A DNA stretch of 64,000 nucleotides from Eledone cirrhosa (Eukaryota). Every line of letters starts with the position of its first letter. The first letter of the stretch is position 1. The stretch is taken from assembly GCA_964016885.1 (NCBI GenBank), contig OZ024743.1, positions 59,024,001-59,088,000 on the forward strand, in the 5' to 3' direction. Below the pieces are notes generated by a model. It was not told where the DNA came from. It made no database searches and was given only the letters and a program-made list of their open reading frames with translations. Made by a program: the position numbers and the translations under genes. Below are positions 39,080-52,299 of this stretch, piece by piece.

Positions 39080-42000
39080 ATTTCATTTATTTGCCACAAG
39101 GGCCGACATATAGGGGACAATACAAAAGACTGGGACAGTGGGGGTTTACATATATAACATGTAAACAATAATAACAATAACAATATAACAATAACAATAC
39201 AAGAAAAATTCCCCAATGAGGGAGGATGACCACACAGGATTCACTCAGGTACCCCAACATTCATCAACGACTCGACGCTTCGAGAGCACCCGGGAAGGGC
39301 ACCCTTCTCCTCCTTAAATTCACCCACCAACAGCCGCATGATCAGCGTAGGCCCACTCACGCGGGACATTCTAGACACATTCACCCACTCTTCAGCAAAT
39401 ATACTGGGGGGGGGGGGGGCAGCACTTCTCTCTCCACCCTTACCTTCCTTTCCAAGTGAAACTTGAAAAAGTTGATGAGGGATTGGCCGGAGAGAAAAGT
39501 GTCTGTCTTCAGTCCTGTCAACCTGGTCCACCATACAACATCTTTCGCTACCACCACCAGACAGTGGAAAATTGCCTGCCCTTCCTGGCCAAAAGAAGGG
39601 GATGAGTCGATCTTCACTATGGACTCGGGCGACAGCCGGATCCGTTCTACACGCGACAACAGCGGTTCGACATAACTCCACAAGTCAGTAATGCACGGGC
39701 ACTGAATGAGTGCGTGCAGAACAGTTTCGTCGCTCTACGCGCATCTTGGGCAGGTCCGTCTGACATCACTTCTGCGGTTGTAGAGTTTATCTGGAACCAT
39801 CATTGCCCCTCGGTAGCACTGAAAGCGAGGGTTTTGGGGAAATTATCTATCGTTGCGGCTCGAAGGTCCTCCGGAACAGACTGGTTAGTTCGACTTCGTC
39901 GACGCCCAGAGCCTGTCCGAGTGCCTCGTCGCACTTGACCACCACTAATCCTCTATAGAAGTCGAGAGTGGAAGTTCCACTGACCGCATTACCAACCGGG
40001 TAGAAGGCAGTGAATGCCTGGCAGCATTTCATATGCCAGTCACATAGTCTTGGTTTCTTCTAGACCCAGGACTGCAGCTCAGTCAAAGAGACGAGCTACG
40101 GAAAGGCCCGTCTGACAAACGTCGACCACACCTGTTCATCGTTTAGGAAGAATATCTGGAGATGCCGCAGCCTCTAGCGCGTGTCTGCGTATCATTAGCC
40201 ACGGCATGCCCAGCCCTCAAGAGGCTGCTGGCAGTAGATGGACCGCCTCAACAACGGAACCTGACCCCCGCCACAAGAATTTCAAGAGGAGCAGTTCCAA
40301 GTTGGCGAGGCGCGAACGGGGGCAAGGGACGACGGTCAGGCGGTAGTAGATAACGGACGAGATGTACGCATTCGCTACCTCCACCCGACCTTTCAGTGAT
40401 AGCTTCCTCGCAGCCCATTTCTGGGTGAGACTAGCTACCCTTCCCGTCACTTCGTCCCAATTCTTATCCACCTGGAGGTCTGGCCCGAACCAAGCCCGAG
40501 CAACTTTACCGGTTCGTCCGTCCAGCGCCCAACGACGCTGTCGGACATCATGGTGCCGAGTTGCAAGCCCACCGACTTTTCCGGGTTAAGTTTTGCTCCC
40601 GTCAATCTTTCATATTATTACCGAGCACCTCGATTTCTGAGGTGTCCGACACCATCACGGTGATGTCGTCCGCATAAGCCTACACAGCTTTCCGCGACCT
40701 GGTTCAAAGGCGATGCCCTGCAAGAGCTCCAGCTTCCTCAGTAAAGGCTCGAGAGTCAATACGTACAGAAGGGACGTGTGAGGACAGCTTTGACGGAGCG
40801 ATCGGGAGATCTGAAACGGTTCCGAGAGGTGGCCATTAAATTTTACCACTGAGCAGATGCCGCTGTGCATTGCAGCGATCCAACTTCTCAAGACGGGGCC
40901 GACGCCAGCCACATTGAGGACAGCCTAGAGGTACCGATGGTCGACCCTATCGAATGCTTTCGATTGATCTAAATTGATCAGAGCCCCACTGAAGCCAGGT
41001 TTACACCCTACCCTCTCTATGATGTATCGCATCAGGTGGAGGTTGTTGTGTATGCACCTGGCTGGGATTGCACCTCCCCAACCAAATCCCTGACGACATG
41101 CGCCTACCTCTTCGCTAACACCATGGCCAAAATCTTAAACTCTGTGTTGAGCAGAGTTAAGGGCCTGAAATTGTCTAATGTGTCCCTCTTGATCTCGTCT
41201 TTCCTTATCAGCGTCACTATGCCCCGGCTCACAGAACTGGGAATACCCCCGTTCTGCTGCCAGTTGCAGTAGTGTGCTTCGAGGAGATCGTAGAACAAGT
41301 CTGGCATATTTACGTAAACCTCGTAAGGAAGAAATGATCTAATGCCATTCCCGCCGCTAGCACGTCAGTTGCAACGCCACTACAAATACCTCATCTAACT
41401 TATCTATTGTTGACCCGGTCTCTGTAAGCCATATGTGCCGGAAACGACATGTTCAGTTTCCAGTAATCAGGTCCTAGCCTACGCATCTTATTTAGGTCGA
41501 CCATACAGATCACAAACTTGTGATCTGAATAGGCGATCGTATGTAATTGTGAACACCCTATACTATCCATATCCCCTAATCTAATTAGAAATCTATGTAC
41601 CTAAACGGTTTATCCAGGTCCACACTGGCGCATAATAGAAAGCTAGTCGGTACCTGTCAGGTAGTTGGAACTGGCTGATCTGGTAGTTGAGGCTTTGCAG
41701 CCCCCGCTCCTATTGGCTACTCCCACACAGTCCCAGCGTGCGTATAACATGCCGTTCCAGCCACTCGCTTACAGTAAAGGGCGAGACGTACCCAGAAAGG
41801 CTTCCATGCGTCTAAAGAAATCCGGCCATCCTGCCCCAGTAGGGACGTAGACGGTCACCAGTCTAAAGGCACCACCTTTTCTATTGTTCACGTCCAGGAC
41901 CACCAACTTACCGTCCGGATCCCGGAATATCGACCTTACCTCGAGATCTAGGCTTTTCCTAAACAGCACTTCCACCCCACCTCCCATTCGCGGCCAACTA

Positions 42001-44443
42001 ACATATGCAAAGATCTGATAGTCGTCGAAAATAGGGGCTAGTGCACGCGTGTCGGAAATCCTGGTCTTGCGGAAGGCAATTACATCCATTTGTAGTGACC
42101 GAGGTCGTTGAGCAGGTGACCCTGCTTCCAGGACGATTACAGGCCTCGAACATTTAAACTTCCTACTCTTAATATGGCCATGTTGGTAGGCGAAAAGAGA
42201 GAGGAAAGGTTTACCTACCACCCGTGCTCTTGTGAAGGTCAGGTGGTTCGACCTCCATAGTTGGTGGGGTTTCTTTGGGGAACCTCTTTAAAAGCCTACT
42301 TAAGGCTTTTACACTGGATGTTCCCACGTCGTTGGGGAAGCCTTCCCTAATTGTTTTATAATTGGTTAGTGCCATCCGCACCAACAAAAGTGTTTGTGGC
42401 ACCTTGAAAGTGCAGGTGTTAAACGCCCCCCTCTTTCTCCATTTCCTTACTTTGTGTTATGAGGTTCTGTAATTTTGTGTTCGATTTCCTCACTAACACG
42501 AAGTTAGGTGTTGTTGTGGTTGTAAGTTTTTGCTGTGTGTGTTTTCTTTTAGTTGTTTGTATTAGTGGTAGTGTTGTTGGTGGATATGGTGTTTGTGTTG
42601 ACGGCTGTGTTTTTGCGAGGGGGGGGGGTGTAGTATGTGTGTCTGTGTTTGATGCGAATGTGTCTTTTCGGTTTGCTGTTTATGTTGGTGTGTGAGACTT
42701 CTTGTGTTTTCTTTTTGTTTTTTATTTGGCTTTTGGTGTTCCTCCTCATCTTCGCTTAGTGATGAATAGGTTGCTGTGTTTGTGCCAGATGTAAGTGGCA
42801 GTGAGGGTATGGGTGTGTGTGTGCGAGAGGGAGGGAGCGGGAGAGCTTCTTTGGAGTTGCCCCTAGGTGGTCTTGGCTGTCTTTGCAGTTGTTGTTGGTT
42901 CTGCTGGTGTTGCTGCTTCAGATTGTGGTGTTGGTGTTGTTATTCGATGAAGCCCCGGCGTCGGCAGCAGCGGAGGCTTTTGACCCCTTGCATTTTTCAA
43001 AAGCTGAGGACAGAAGGCTCGCAAGTGTGTTTTTTCGCTGTAACTGAAACCGTGCGGCCTTTTGATTTAGCCATCACTTGTAGTGCCGTCCCGTCCCGTT
43101 TTGGAGGCGGATCAGCTCCGGGATTTTTTTTATTTCTTCAGGTTTGATCTGGAGATGCTTCTCCAGATCAACACCGGACCAGTCCTCTCTACCTGTCCTG
43201 GTTACCTGTATTGGGACGGCATCTAACCCCTCCACAATCACGCATCCCCAGGTCCACCACATATCTAGTCCAGGTGGAATCCTGGGAATCGGACACATAT
43301 TTTTCTTTTTCCCATGTGGGAGGGGTACATAATAACCTTGCTGCTTTTGCAAGGGGGCGTCGAGTGCTTCAAAGAGAGGGCCTCCGACTTAAACAGCACC
43401 GAGATGGTGACGTATTGTTGAACCCCCGCTCCGTACTCTATATCTCCTCTGATGCACCTCAGCGAAGCCTCGACGTCTGCTTGGGGAGAGTTTGTGGCTC
43501 TATTCGTCTCAGCTGAGATGCATTTGGAGACCAGAGTTCTCTTCTCCACCGCTTCTCTGGCTTCTGCCGGGACAATTAAGTTGGCCCAGGTTTGCTCCTG
43601 TTTGATGAGCTTCCATGCCTAGGCCAAATTTGTTTCCTTGTCTGTCAAGTCCATGTTGAAGCATGGCCTTTTCTTGGCTCTGCCGCAGCGAAAGTGTTCT
43701 TGTTGTTGTCGTTGGTGTTGTTGTTGTCGTTGTTCTTGTTGGTTTTGTTGCTGTTATCACTGTTACAGTTAGTTATATATTTGGTGCTGTCGCTGATTAT
43801 GTTCTGGTTACTGGTGTTAATTTCGTTGTTATTTTAGTTGTAATTGTTGCTGCTGCTATTGTTGTTATTGTTGTTGTTGCTGTTGTTGTGGTTGTCACTG
43901 TTGTTGATATACTTTGTTGTCTTTGTTGTCGTTGTTTCTGTTGTTGGTGTTGACATTATTGCAGTTGTCTTTGATTTTCCTGTCGTTGTTGCAGGTGCTG
44001 TTGTTCTTGTTCAAGACTGTTTTTTTTTTTTTTTTACTGTTTTTGGTAATGTCGCTGTTGCTGCTGCTGGCCTTTTTCTTCTCATTGTTGCTGGTGCTGG
44101 TGTTGGCGATATTGCCTGTGTGTTGTTATATTTTAAAATTGTTGTGGATGGAGCAGCGTTATTAGCCTCAAAGTTTGACTCGCTGTCGCAAGACAGCAAA
44201 GTCAAAGTTGGGGGGCGTGCTTCCGCCATGTTTTTTTTTTCGATAATCATTTTCTTTTACACACACAATGTTTAAATATTTGGGCCATAAGGCCCAAATA
44301 TTACGGGGAGTCCTTTCTTGGGGGCAAAGACTAAAGTCTTATTTCCCGTTTGAAACAAAAATATTATTAACAAACTTATTTCAAACCGTTGAACAAAACA
44401 AACTTACGAGCTCACGATAGTACTCCATTCACTTCAACGACCA
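39080..44443 (-). mobile_element. Degenerate near-full-length L1/Tx1-clade LINE, related to 16787-22505, in (TAA)n
   Basis: RDPDGKLVVLDV, FRPLTLLNTEFKILA, KLSLKGRVEVANAYISSVIYYRL; shared 5' atcgtgagctc; (AAT)n on both flanks; many frameshifts and an EN-RT deletion. Confidence 0.92.
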
Positions 44444-44855
44444 ATAATAATAATAATAATAATAATGACATTAATGAAGAGGCTGATATTACATAAATCG
44501 TTTATTCATTAGAATTATTTCAACGGATCTCCTATGCAATCAAGATGTAATTCATGAATTTGTTGCTGTTATGAGAACGGTATCCTCAGATGAAATTCGA
44601 TTTTGTGTTTTGTTGGCAGCAGGAAAAAACCCACACATGCTTCTGCCCGTGCGTCCAGCAGACATATGTGTATCTGAAAGGGTCTCCCAGCCGTCGTGTC
44701 TACTGGAGTAAAGTGCTATCCACGTTTAAATTAGGGAAATCAGGATTCACTCAACCCCCATGGAATTGAGGTCGTAAATCAGCAGAAAGGTAACAACTCA
44801 AGTATGCTATTGTTATCTGTATCAAACGATAGTCTATGCGTAGCCAGAATATATG

Positions 44856-44984
<129 letters not shown>

Positions 44985-45004
44985 TATTTATTTGTATATA
45001 TATA

Positions 45005-45500
45005 CTAGCAGAATGGTCCAGCGTAGCTCGGGATTCTAAACATATATTGGCATGTTTATCCCTCCTTTCTGAATCAATACAGAGAAGTACGGAATACCTC
45101 AGCCTGGGGATGGTGTCTACATTTTGTGCTTATAAAATATTCGTCGTAGATTACCAGGGGTTTAACTTAATTGGGAGTCTGAGAGTAAAATGTTCATCCT
45201 ACGAAAGCCATAGGGTTAAGTAAAATGGCATTCGACAAACCCAATATGTATGTGTTGTGCTATGGTACAATGAAAGCAATAGTTACAGAGCAGTAAGCAT
45301 GTGGGACTGCAGTGGTAGAAAGCATGAAGGAATTTAGTTGGATACTTTTAAGGTGAGAGGCCCTAACGCAACCAAAATGCTAAACAATGAGTTTAAACTT
45401 CTTTAAATTCGTTGAGAGCGTCATGGCAAATAATAATCAATAATTATCGCTATAGAAAGGTTTTTTCTGTTGAACAAACATATATCCGCTGCCTTAGCTT
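45005..45500 (-). mobile_element. Helitron 3' end with decayed helicase C-terminus
   Basis: CTAG|T at 45005-45008 with decayed hairpin cccgagctacgctgga; LLFAMT and TTNIL resemble RepHel FAMTINK and T-x-NIVY motifs; upstream extent unknown. Confidence 0.5.
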
Positions 45501-46553
45501 GTGAGAAGTATGTTCGTTGAATGCTTTATTTTTGTTAAATATGCCTAAACAAATATGAGTATTTCCTCATCAGAACGGGGACGTTGTCATTAGGTAATGT
45601 AAATTAGGTTATTTGCATTATATGGTTTAATACTGTTTTCTTTCATGCCTAATTGTGAGTGTGCACATGGCCAACACCATGTTAAGGCGAAAGCACGACT
45701 AAGTTATTTTGTGGTTAAGTAAGTAACGAGTAAGGTATTTAGAAATTCAGATTCGAAACACTCGCTTGAAAGTGTTTCTTCCCTCAATGCCTTCTGTTTT
45801 CCAGCTCTCCTAAGAGTTATTTCCACTGGAAAACCAGCAGCTAGCTCTGTATTCCATTCCACCATCCACATTCCTGGGTTGTCCATGGGAAAGTTAAAAG
45901 CTGAAACTGCTTGATTCTTTAGTCGTCAAAACGTATGTAACCAACTGAGTGAAATGGCACAAAGTCAAACAAACTTTTACGTCAAAGGACGGAGCACACC
46001 AACTGTTTCTGCAATAGAAACCACACAACTTCATAAACAATTCTTTTTTCTCAAGAAAAACAGGGATTTGTATCGGAAAAGTATATATCCAATGAGCAGG
46101 CCTCAGCAAGGATTTTTTCTAGAGGAGCAGCTGTCGCCCTTATATGCCATTCTCGAAGTTTGCGTATCGAGAATATGGTCACGAAATTTGAATATGGCGA
46201 ATGGTGGGTGAGGAGAACCCTCAATCCACAGACATCGACATCACAATTTCAAGATGAAAAAATCTTTTGAGGATGTTTGCGAAAATGCATAGTGTTTGGA
46301 TATATTCTATAAATAAACTTTGCTAAAATAAATAATATAATGCGTTAAATTGTTCCAAAATACTTGGATAGGATGAAGCTTAGGATTTATCTTCTTGCTT
46401 AATTCTGATCACTTGAACATCATTAAATAATGAGTAGATGTTGAAATTGTGATGATAATCTCGGAGGATTGACGTTTTTTCGCACTTAATTCTCAGAATG
46501 CAAGAACGTATCTGCGTATCCATCTATCTCTCTATCTATCTATCAATCTATCT

Positions 46554-46608
<55 letters not shown>

Positions 46609-47324
46609 TGATACATAAATGTGTGTGTATATATATATATATACATATATGTGTGTGTATACATGTGTGTGTATATATACATACATAGTAAACAAAATAT
46701 CTGGTGAAAAAAGAGAGGAACCATATGTCTATGGCAGTTATTATACTTCTCGCATTGTGGACATTGGAATGTATATTGAATTAGCCCAGCCTGTCAGCTA
46801 ATTGAATGTTTGTTAATCTACTTGTTCAGCGTTCCTTTGTCAGAAGAGCTTCTTGGGAAGATGAAAATCACGAACATATTTCACAAGACGTATTCTGAAC
46901 CAATCGACCTTTGTGAACAAACATGCATTGAATATCTTGTAAACGTTCTAAATTTTAAACGTTGAATGCGGAAACGAAACCTCTCTCTAGCCACAGTCGA
47001 GGGTCCTATCTATTATGATGACAACTTCCATACATGTCAATACTAGGATTATGCATCGTTATGGTGGCGGCATTAACCAGTTCTTTTTCTTAACTTAGAA
47101 TCTACTGCGATCATTTAAAGGAAAGTTCAGATCAATACAAATGACATTCAACTGGATAATGAATATTGATTTCTTATGATTTCTTAGACATGAGATTTGT
47201 TTATTTGTGTCAGCGGGAGAAGAATATAATCGATTACACATATCTGGAACATAAGTCTTGGGACACGTAACAATGGAAAAAAATAATTCACCCCATTTCA
47301 AGCCAAGAATGAGTTATGAAACTA

Positions 47325-47490
47325 AATAATTGTTTCTACTTCTTGCAAAAGGCCAGCAATGACCGCAGTGTATTATTGGTGATTTATTTTATCGAACCCG
47401 TAAGGATGAAATACAAATTTAACATCAGCGGGATTTGAAGTCAGATCATAAAGGTCCATATCTCTATGCTACTAAGCATAGTGTCCGAAG
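47325..47490 (-). mobile_element. tRNA-derived SINE copy
   Basis: Matches family, diverged. Confidence 0.82.
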
Positions 47491-49944
47491 GATCTGGAAC
47501 ACTACAGTGTATATTTAAAGCGCAGGTTCAGGTCTCTGTATTATTTAAGCTCCAGTTATTTCTGCTATGTATATGTTATTTACAGTTTTCTTCAATATCT
47601 ATTTAGGGTTCAGGGCTCAGTTTTCTAAATAGAAACCTTGTACTATTTGTAAATCCAATTCTCTACTCCAATTCTCTACTATCTCTAAAATTCAGTTCTC
47701 GCAACTCCCCCTCAAGTCCACTTGTCAAAGAGCTACCTTGAAACACTCTCTTCGTATGGTCAGTATCACTACAGTCTCTATCTAAGCTACTTGTTTCTAT
47801 TATATCTAAGGTTGTGCTCTATACTATCACACGCTAAGATCCATCTCTATCCCAAATTCGGTTCTGTCTATTGATACTCTCTCAGATCCATCCCTCTAAT
47901 ATTTCTATTTAAGTGTCATCTCTTTACTGTTTCTATCTACCTTCAGGGCTTTTTTCTCGCTAACTCATGCTTGTTAACCTATTTTCTACTACTTTCCTGC
48001 AGTTAAGGTATTGATGAGCGTGTAGAAAAATGTATTTGGTCATGATCTATATGTCACTCTTTTTCCACCACATCAGCAATACGTCAATAACCACTTAAGC
48101 TATCACAAAGAAAATATTTTTTTATTTTATATAATCCATATCATGGAAGGCTTGCGCCTAAATCAAATTCTGGTACTGTTTCGCTAATAAGCTTAAACAA
48201 TGGAATGTGTCAGCACAGCATCTCTGACGCTACCAATTTCATGTCGTTTTCATGTATATAGCAAGGTTCACTAGTTGCAGTCATATGATGAATGACAATT
48301 TGTTCAAATTCTTTGAATATTGTGACTGAGTTAATCCCTAGTATGTTTCAATATTATTCTTTTAAATACCAAAATTGATGCTTGTTTATTCACATTTATA
48401 TTCGACACAGGTGTATTCATCTTAAGTCAGCGTTACTTTAACATCTGTTAATCTTTCAATGACCATATTAAAATGAATTTAAGTAGGTGATTTTACCACA
48501 AAACGTATTATTGCCGATGCCATCTTCAAAGTTATTTTATTATTTTTACAGCTTCTGTCGACATCATAAGTGTATTGAAGTAACAGAATCGGTTTAGCGT
48601 CGGGCAAGATGTCTTCTTCTATTTAGATATGCTCTTTTACAATGTGAGCTACATCTTTTTATTTATTTGTGAAATATACAGTTAACACCACCCAGTAAAA
48701 TTGAAGTCACCTAACTAATCATCCACTCCACGAACATCACAAACGCAAATATATTATTATTGTAGTTGCTTTTGTATTAGAAATTATATTCTTGTTAAAT
48801 ACATCAATTAAACCCTCGAAACTCTCTTATAAACCAACAGTACTACAACCAAAAAACGCAAACCAATTGTGTGTTGCTATATTGAATTTATAAATATGGT
48901 TAAATAATATTATTTATTTTAATTATTGATGTTGTCTCAAAAACATTTCTATTGCTGTTGTATCCATATTTTGAGAATAGATGACACAAACGAACAAAGA
49001 ATGAAGAAATTTAGTGTATTTCCTATTTTCTTTTTCACCAGTTAAAATGCACAGCAGACACGACAGCTTAATAGTTCCACTTCAATAGAAAGGAAATTCT
49101 AAAATATCCTTTGAATAAAAAGAAGCATAATTTTCAAGTGTGACAGACAAAACAATTGGAATTTTGTTTACAAATCGTATGAGTGTTTTACAAAAATGTA
49201 TAATAAATCTTGCATTAAACATGATGTTAGCAGTCGTCCACATGACACTAAATTGAGAAAGAAACATCTACATTACAAAACTAACATTCTTCTTTCAATT
49301 CTATGAGAGTGAGCAATTATTTACAATAATTTAATTTAAAGCGAATGCTGTAGTTTATTGTCCATTATTAGTAAACCTATATACATATATTGCTACCAGT
49401 TTCATTGGAAATGTATTTCTATTTGAGGAGAATACATCCGAAAGGCTTGGCTTCATGCAAACATGTCGATCTCTGCGTAATGACATCTAAATGAGTCAAT
49501 ATGATTACATTTATTATTACTTGAATGTCGTTTAAAAGTGTACGTCTAAATGAAGATATTAGTACATTTCAATTATTTCGTATGTGTGCCTGTCTGCATT
49601 CATTACTCTCTAATACAGAATATAGCATCTATACTTTTTATATCTGTCGGAATGCATCCTTGGTCAGTCCTGGCAACGGCTGATTTCTTTCACAGAGAGG
49701 GAAAGAGAGGGAAAAGAAAGAAGAATTGAATAGTGTACTAGATTGTTACTTATTTATCGGCCGCGATAGGAAGAAAACAAAGTTAAGTCATGCATCATTT
49801 GAATAGAGAGAGATCTGGAACGAATATCGACAAGTATTATATCTGTAACTTAAAAAGTATCCTATCTCTAAATTTGCTGAGATTATACTGGTGTTGAATT
49901 AACATAACAACAAATACTACCTTGTTATTAACAATGTAGGGCGG

Positions 49945-50130
49945 TGGATTGGTAGTATCGGTAGAAGGTCGAATGCCATGCTTTGCAGTATAGAATTACG
50001 GTCCTTTACGATCTGAGTTAAAATACCGAGGAGGTTAACTTTGCCTTTCATCCTTACGGGGTCGATAAATAAAGTACCATTAATACACTAGGATAATTGC
50101 TGGCCTTGTGCCAAAATAAGAAACAATTAC
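49945..50130 (+). mobile_element. tRNA-derived SINE copy
   Basis: Full length. Confidence 0.88.
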
Positions 50131-50264
50131 TACCAATATAGCAAATGTTTCATACAAAATTAAGCTCACGTCACATGGCTACATTGTTATGTGTCTTTCT
50201 TGTTACGTTGAGTGTATTTGCTCTTTTCAAATTATCTCGGAGAAAATAAAAGAAGATACCTACT

Positions 50265-50447
50265 AATTGTTTTTTTTATTTTTGGCACAAGACCAGCAAT
50301 TATCCCAGTACATTACTGGTACTTTATTTTATCGACCCCAAAAGGATGAAAGGCAAAGATAACCTCGACAGGATTTGAACTCAGAACATAAAGAGACGTA
50401 ACTCTATTCTGCGAAGCAGGGTGTCCGACGCTCTACCGATTCTGACA
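50265..50447 (-). mobile_element. tRNA-derived SINE copy
   Basis: Full length; inverted relative to the 49945 copy. Confidence 0.88.
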
Positions 50448-50884
50448 TCTCCAGGAAAAGCATGGTAAAAAAAACGAATAATTTTAAATAGAACTACTCT
50501 CGAATGTGCAATGTTGTCTCAAAAGTTGACTTCATATTCCATAATTGATGCTATAAAATATACACGGCTTAAACCAATACTATATATAATACACACACAC
50601 ACACAAACAAACACACACACACGCACACACACAAACACACACACACATACACACAAACACGCACAAACACACACACACACACCCACACACACGCACGCAC
50701 ACACACACATAGATATCAACTCGGTCGAGATATTAATTCGTATTGAGCTGTTTGTACAAACTTTTGCAATAACTAAACATGCTGAATTCACTGGCCAAAA
50801 TAGGGGTTTTCTTACCTTAGAACCTCACATGTGCTTTCATAACCTGTTGAGAAAGCGATGCCTTGTTCGATCATTATACCAAAA

Positions 50885-52299
50885 TCTTATCATTATCTAT
50901 AAAAGGCAGGTTGTTGTTGTTGTGTGTGTGTGTGTGCATGTTCCATGTTTATACATTTGCATAATTTCAAACTGATTCAACTCAACGTCTGTAAGAATGT
51001 TTTAAATGCTCAAATTTAGGTCAACGACTCTTTATTTCATTCACACTCACCCACAATTACCGAAATAATCGATACAACTAAATACATGACGCTTTACCCC
51101 TCTAATACAATCAGAAGACCTCTCTCTAATCCCCTTAAACTTTAAGAGAGAAAGATAGAGATAGTGAGAGGGAGAGAGAGCGAGAGAACGTTTGTTTTTG
51201 AGTGTGGAACTGTCAAACATTTATTTACTCCAATGACAAAGAGAACTTATTACATTTCATACGAAACAACAATTATTCAAAAACAACAGATAAATTTATT
51301 CAACAACAAAAAAAATAACGATAAATCTTTTTTTAAATATCTATCAACAAACGTGGAAGAAAGAAGTATCAGTTCATTTACTATACACAATAATATCCTC
51401 TATGAGGTCACTAAACCTGCTAAAAATAGCAGCTAACTCTCCCCCATATTCAAAAGCAACAGGTAAATTTATTTAACAACAAAAATAACGATAAATCTTT
51501 TTTAAAACATCTATCAACGAACGTGGAAGAAAGAAGTATCAGTTCATTTACTATACACAATAATATCCTCGATGTGGTCACTAAACATGCTAGAAACAGC
51601 AGCTAAGTCTCCCCCATATCACACCACTCCCTACTGTCTTAGATTTAGAAAACATATCCTCTATGAGGTCAATAAATCTGCTAGAAAGAGCAGCTAACTC
51701 TCCCCCATATTCAAAAGCAACAGATAAATTTATTCAACAACAAAAATAGCGATAAGTTTTTTTAAAACATCTATCAACGAACGTGGAAGAAAGAAGTATC
51801 AGTTCATTTACTATACACAATAATATCTCTATGTGGTCACTAAACCTGCTAGAAACAGCAGCTAACTCTCTCCCATATCACACCACTCCCTACTGTCTTA
51901 AATTTAGAAAATATATCCTCTATGATGTCACTAAACCTGCTAGAAACAGTAGCTAACTCTCCCCCATATCACACCCCTCCCTACTGTCTTAAATTTAGAA
52001 AACACACATTAAAAAAGCATGCAGAACAAGTCCATCGCAGCTCTGTTCGGCTGGCATCGTCTACGCGCGTTTTGCGCAAGTACTGTGAAACAATAAATTT
52101 CAACACTTCTTTGCACAGAGATAATATCCATAGGCGAAACTACAATTGTCACTGCTGGCGCAGCTCCTGCTTCGGCAGTCCAGGTCTGCAATTCATTCAC
52201 CCAGTGCCTGGCAGACAAAAATCTGCTGCCATAAAATGGGTGGTGCAACCTAACTTTGGTAACTTACTGACCCCGAGCAACGCCGGGCTTTAATGCTAG
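50885..52299 (+). mobile_element. Non-autonomous Helitron with internal tandem array (51285-52005)
   Basis: A|TC...tataaaaggc..(tg)n 5' end; 3' hairpin cccgagcaacgccggg 52272-52287 then CTAG|T. Confidence 0.75.

Noticed and set aside
47540-48010. ctctac-rich low-complexity stretch
   Set aside because: Could not define a reliable repeat unit or coding frame by eye
51285-52005. Repeat-spacer-like array as CRISPR
   Set aside because: Linkers are themselves repeated, the context is eukaryotic with Helitron ends, and there are no cas genes
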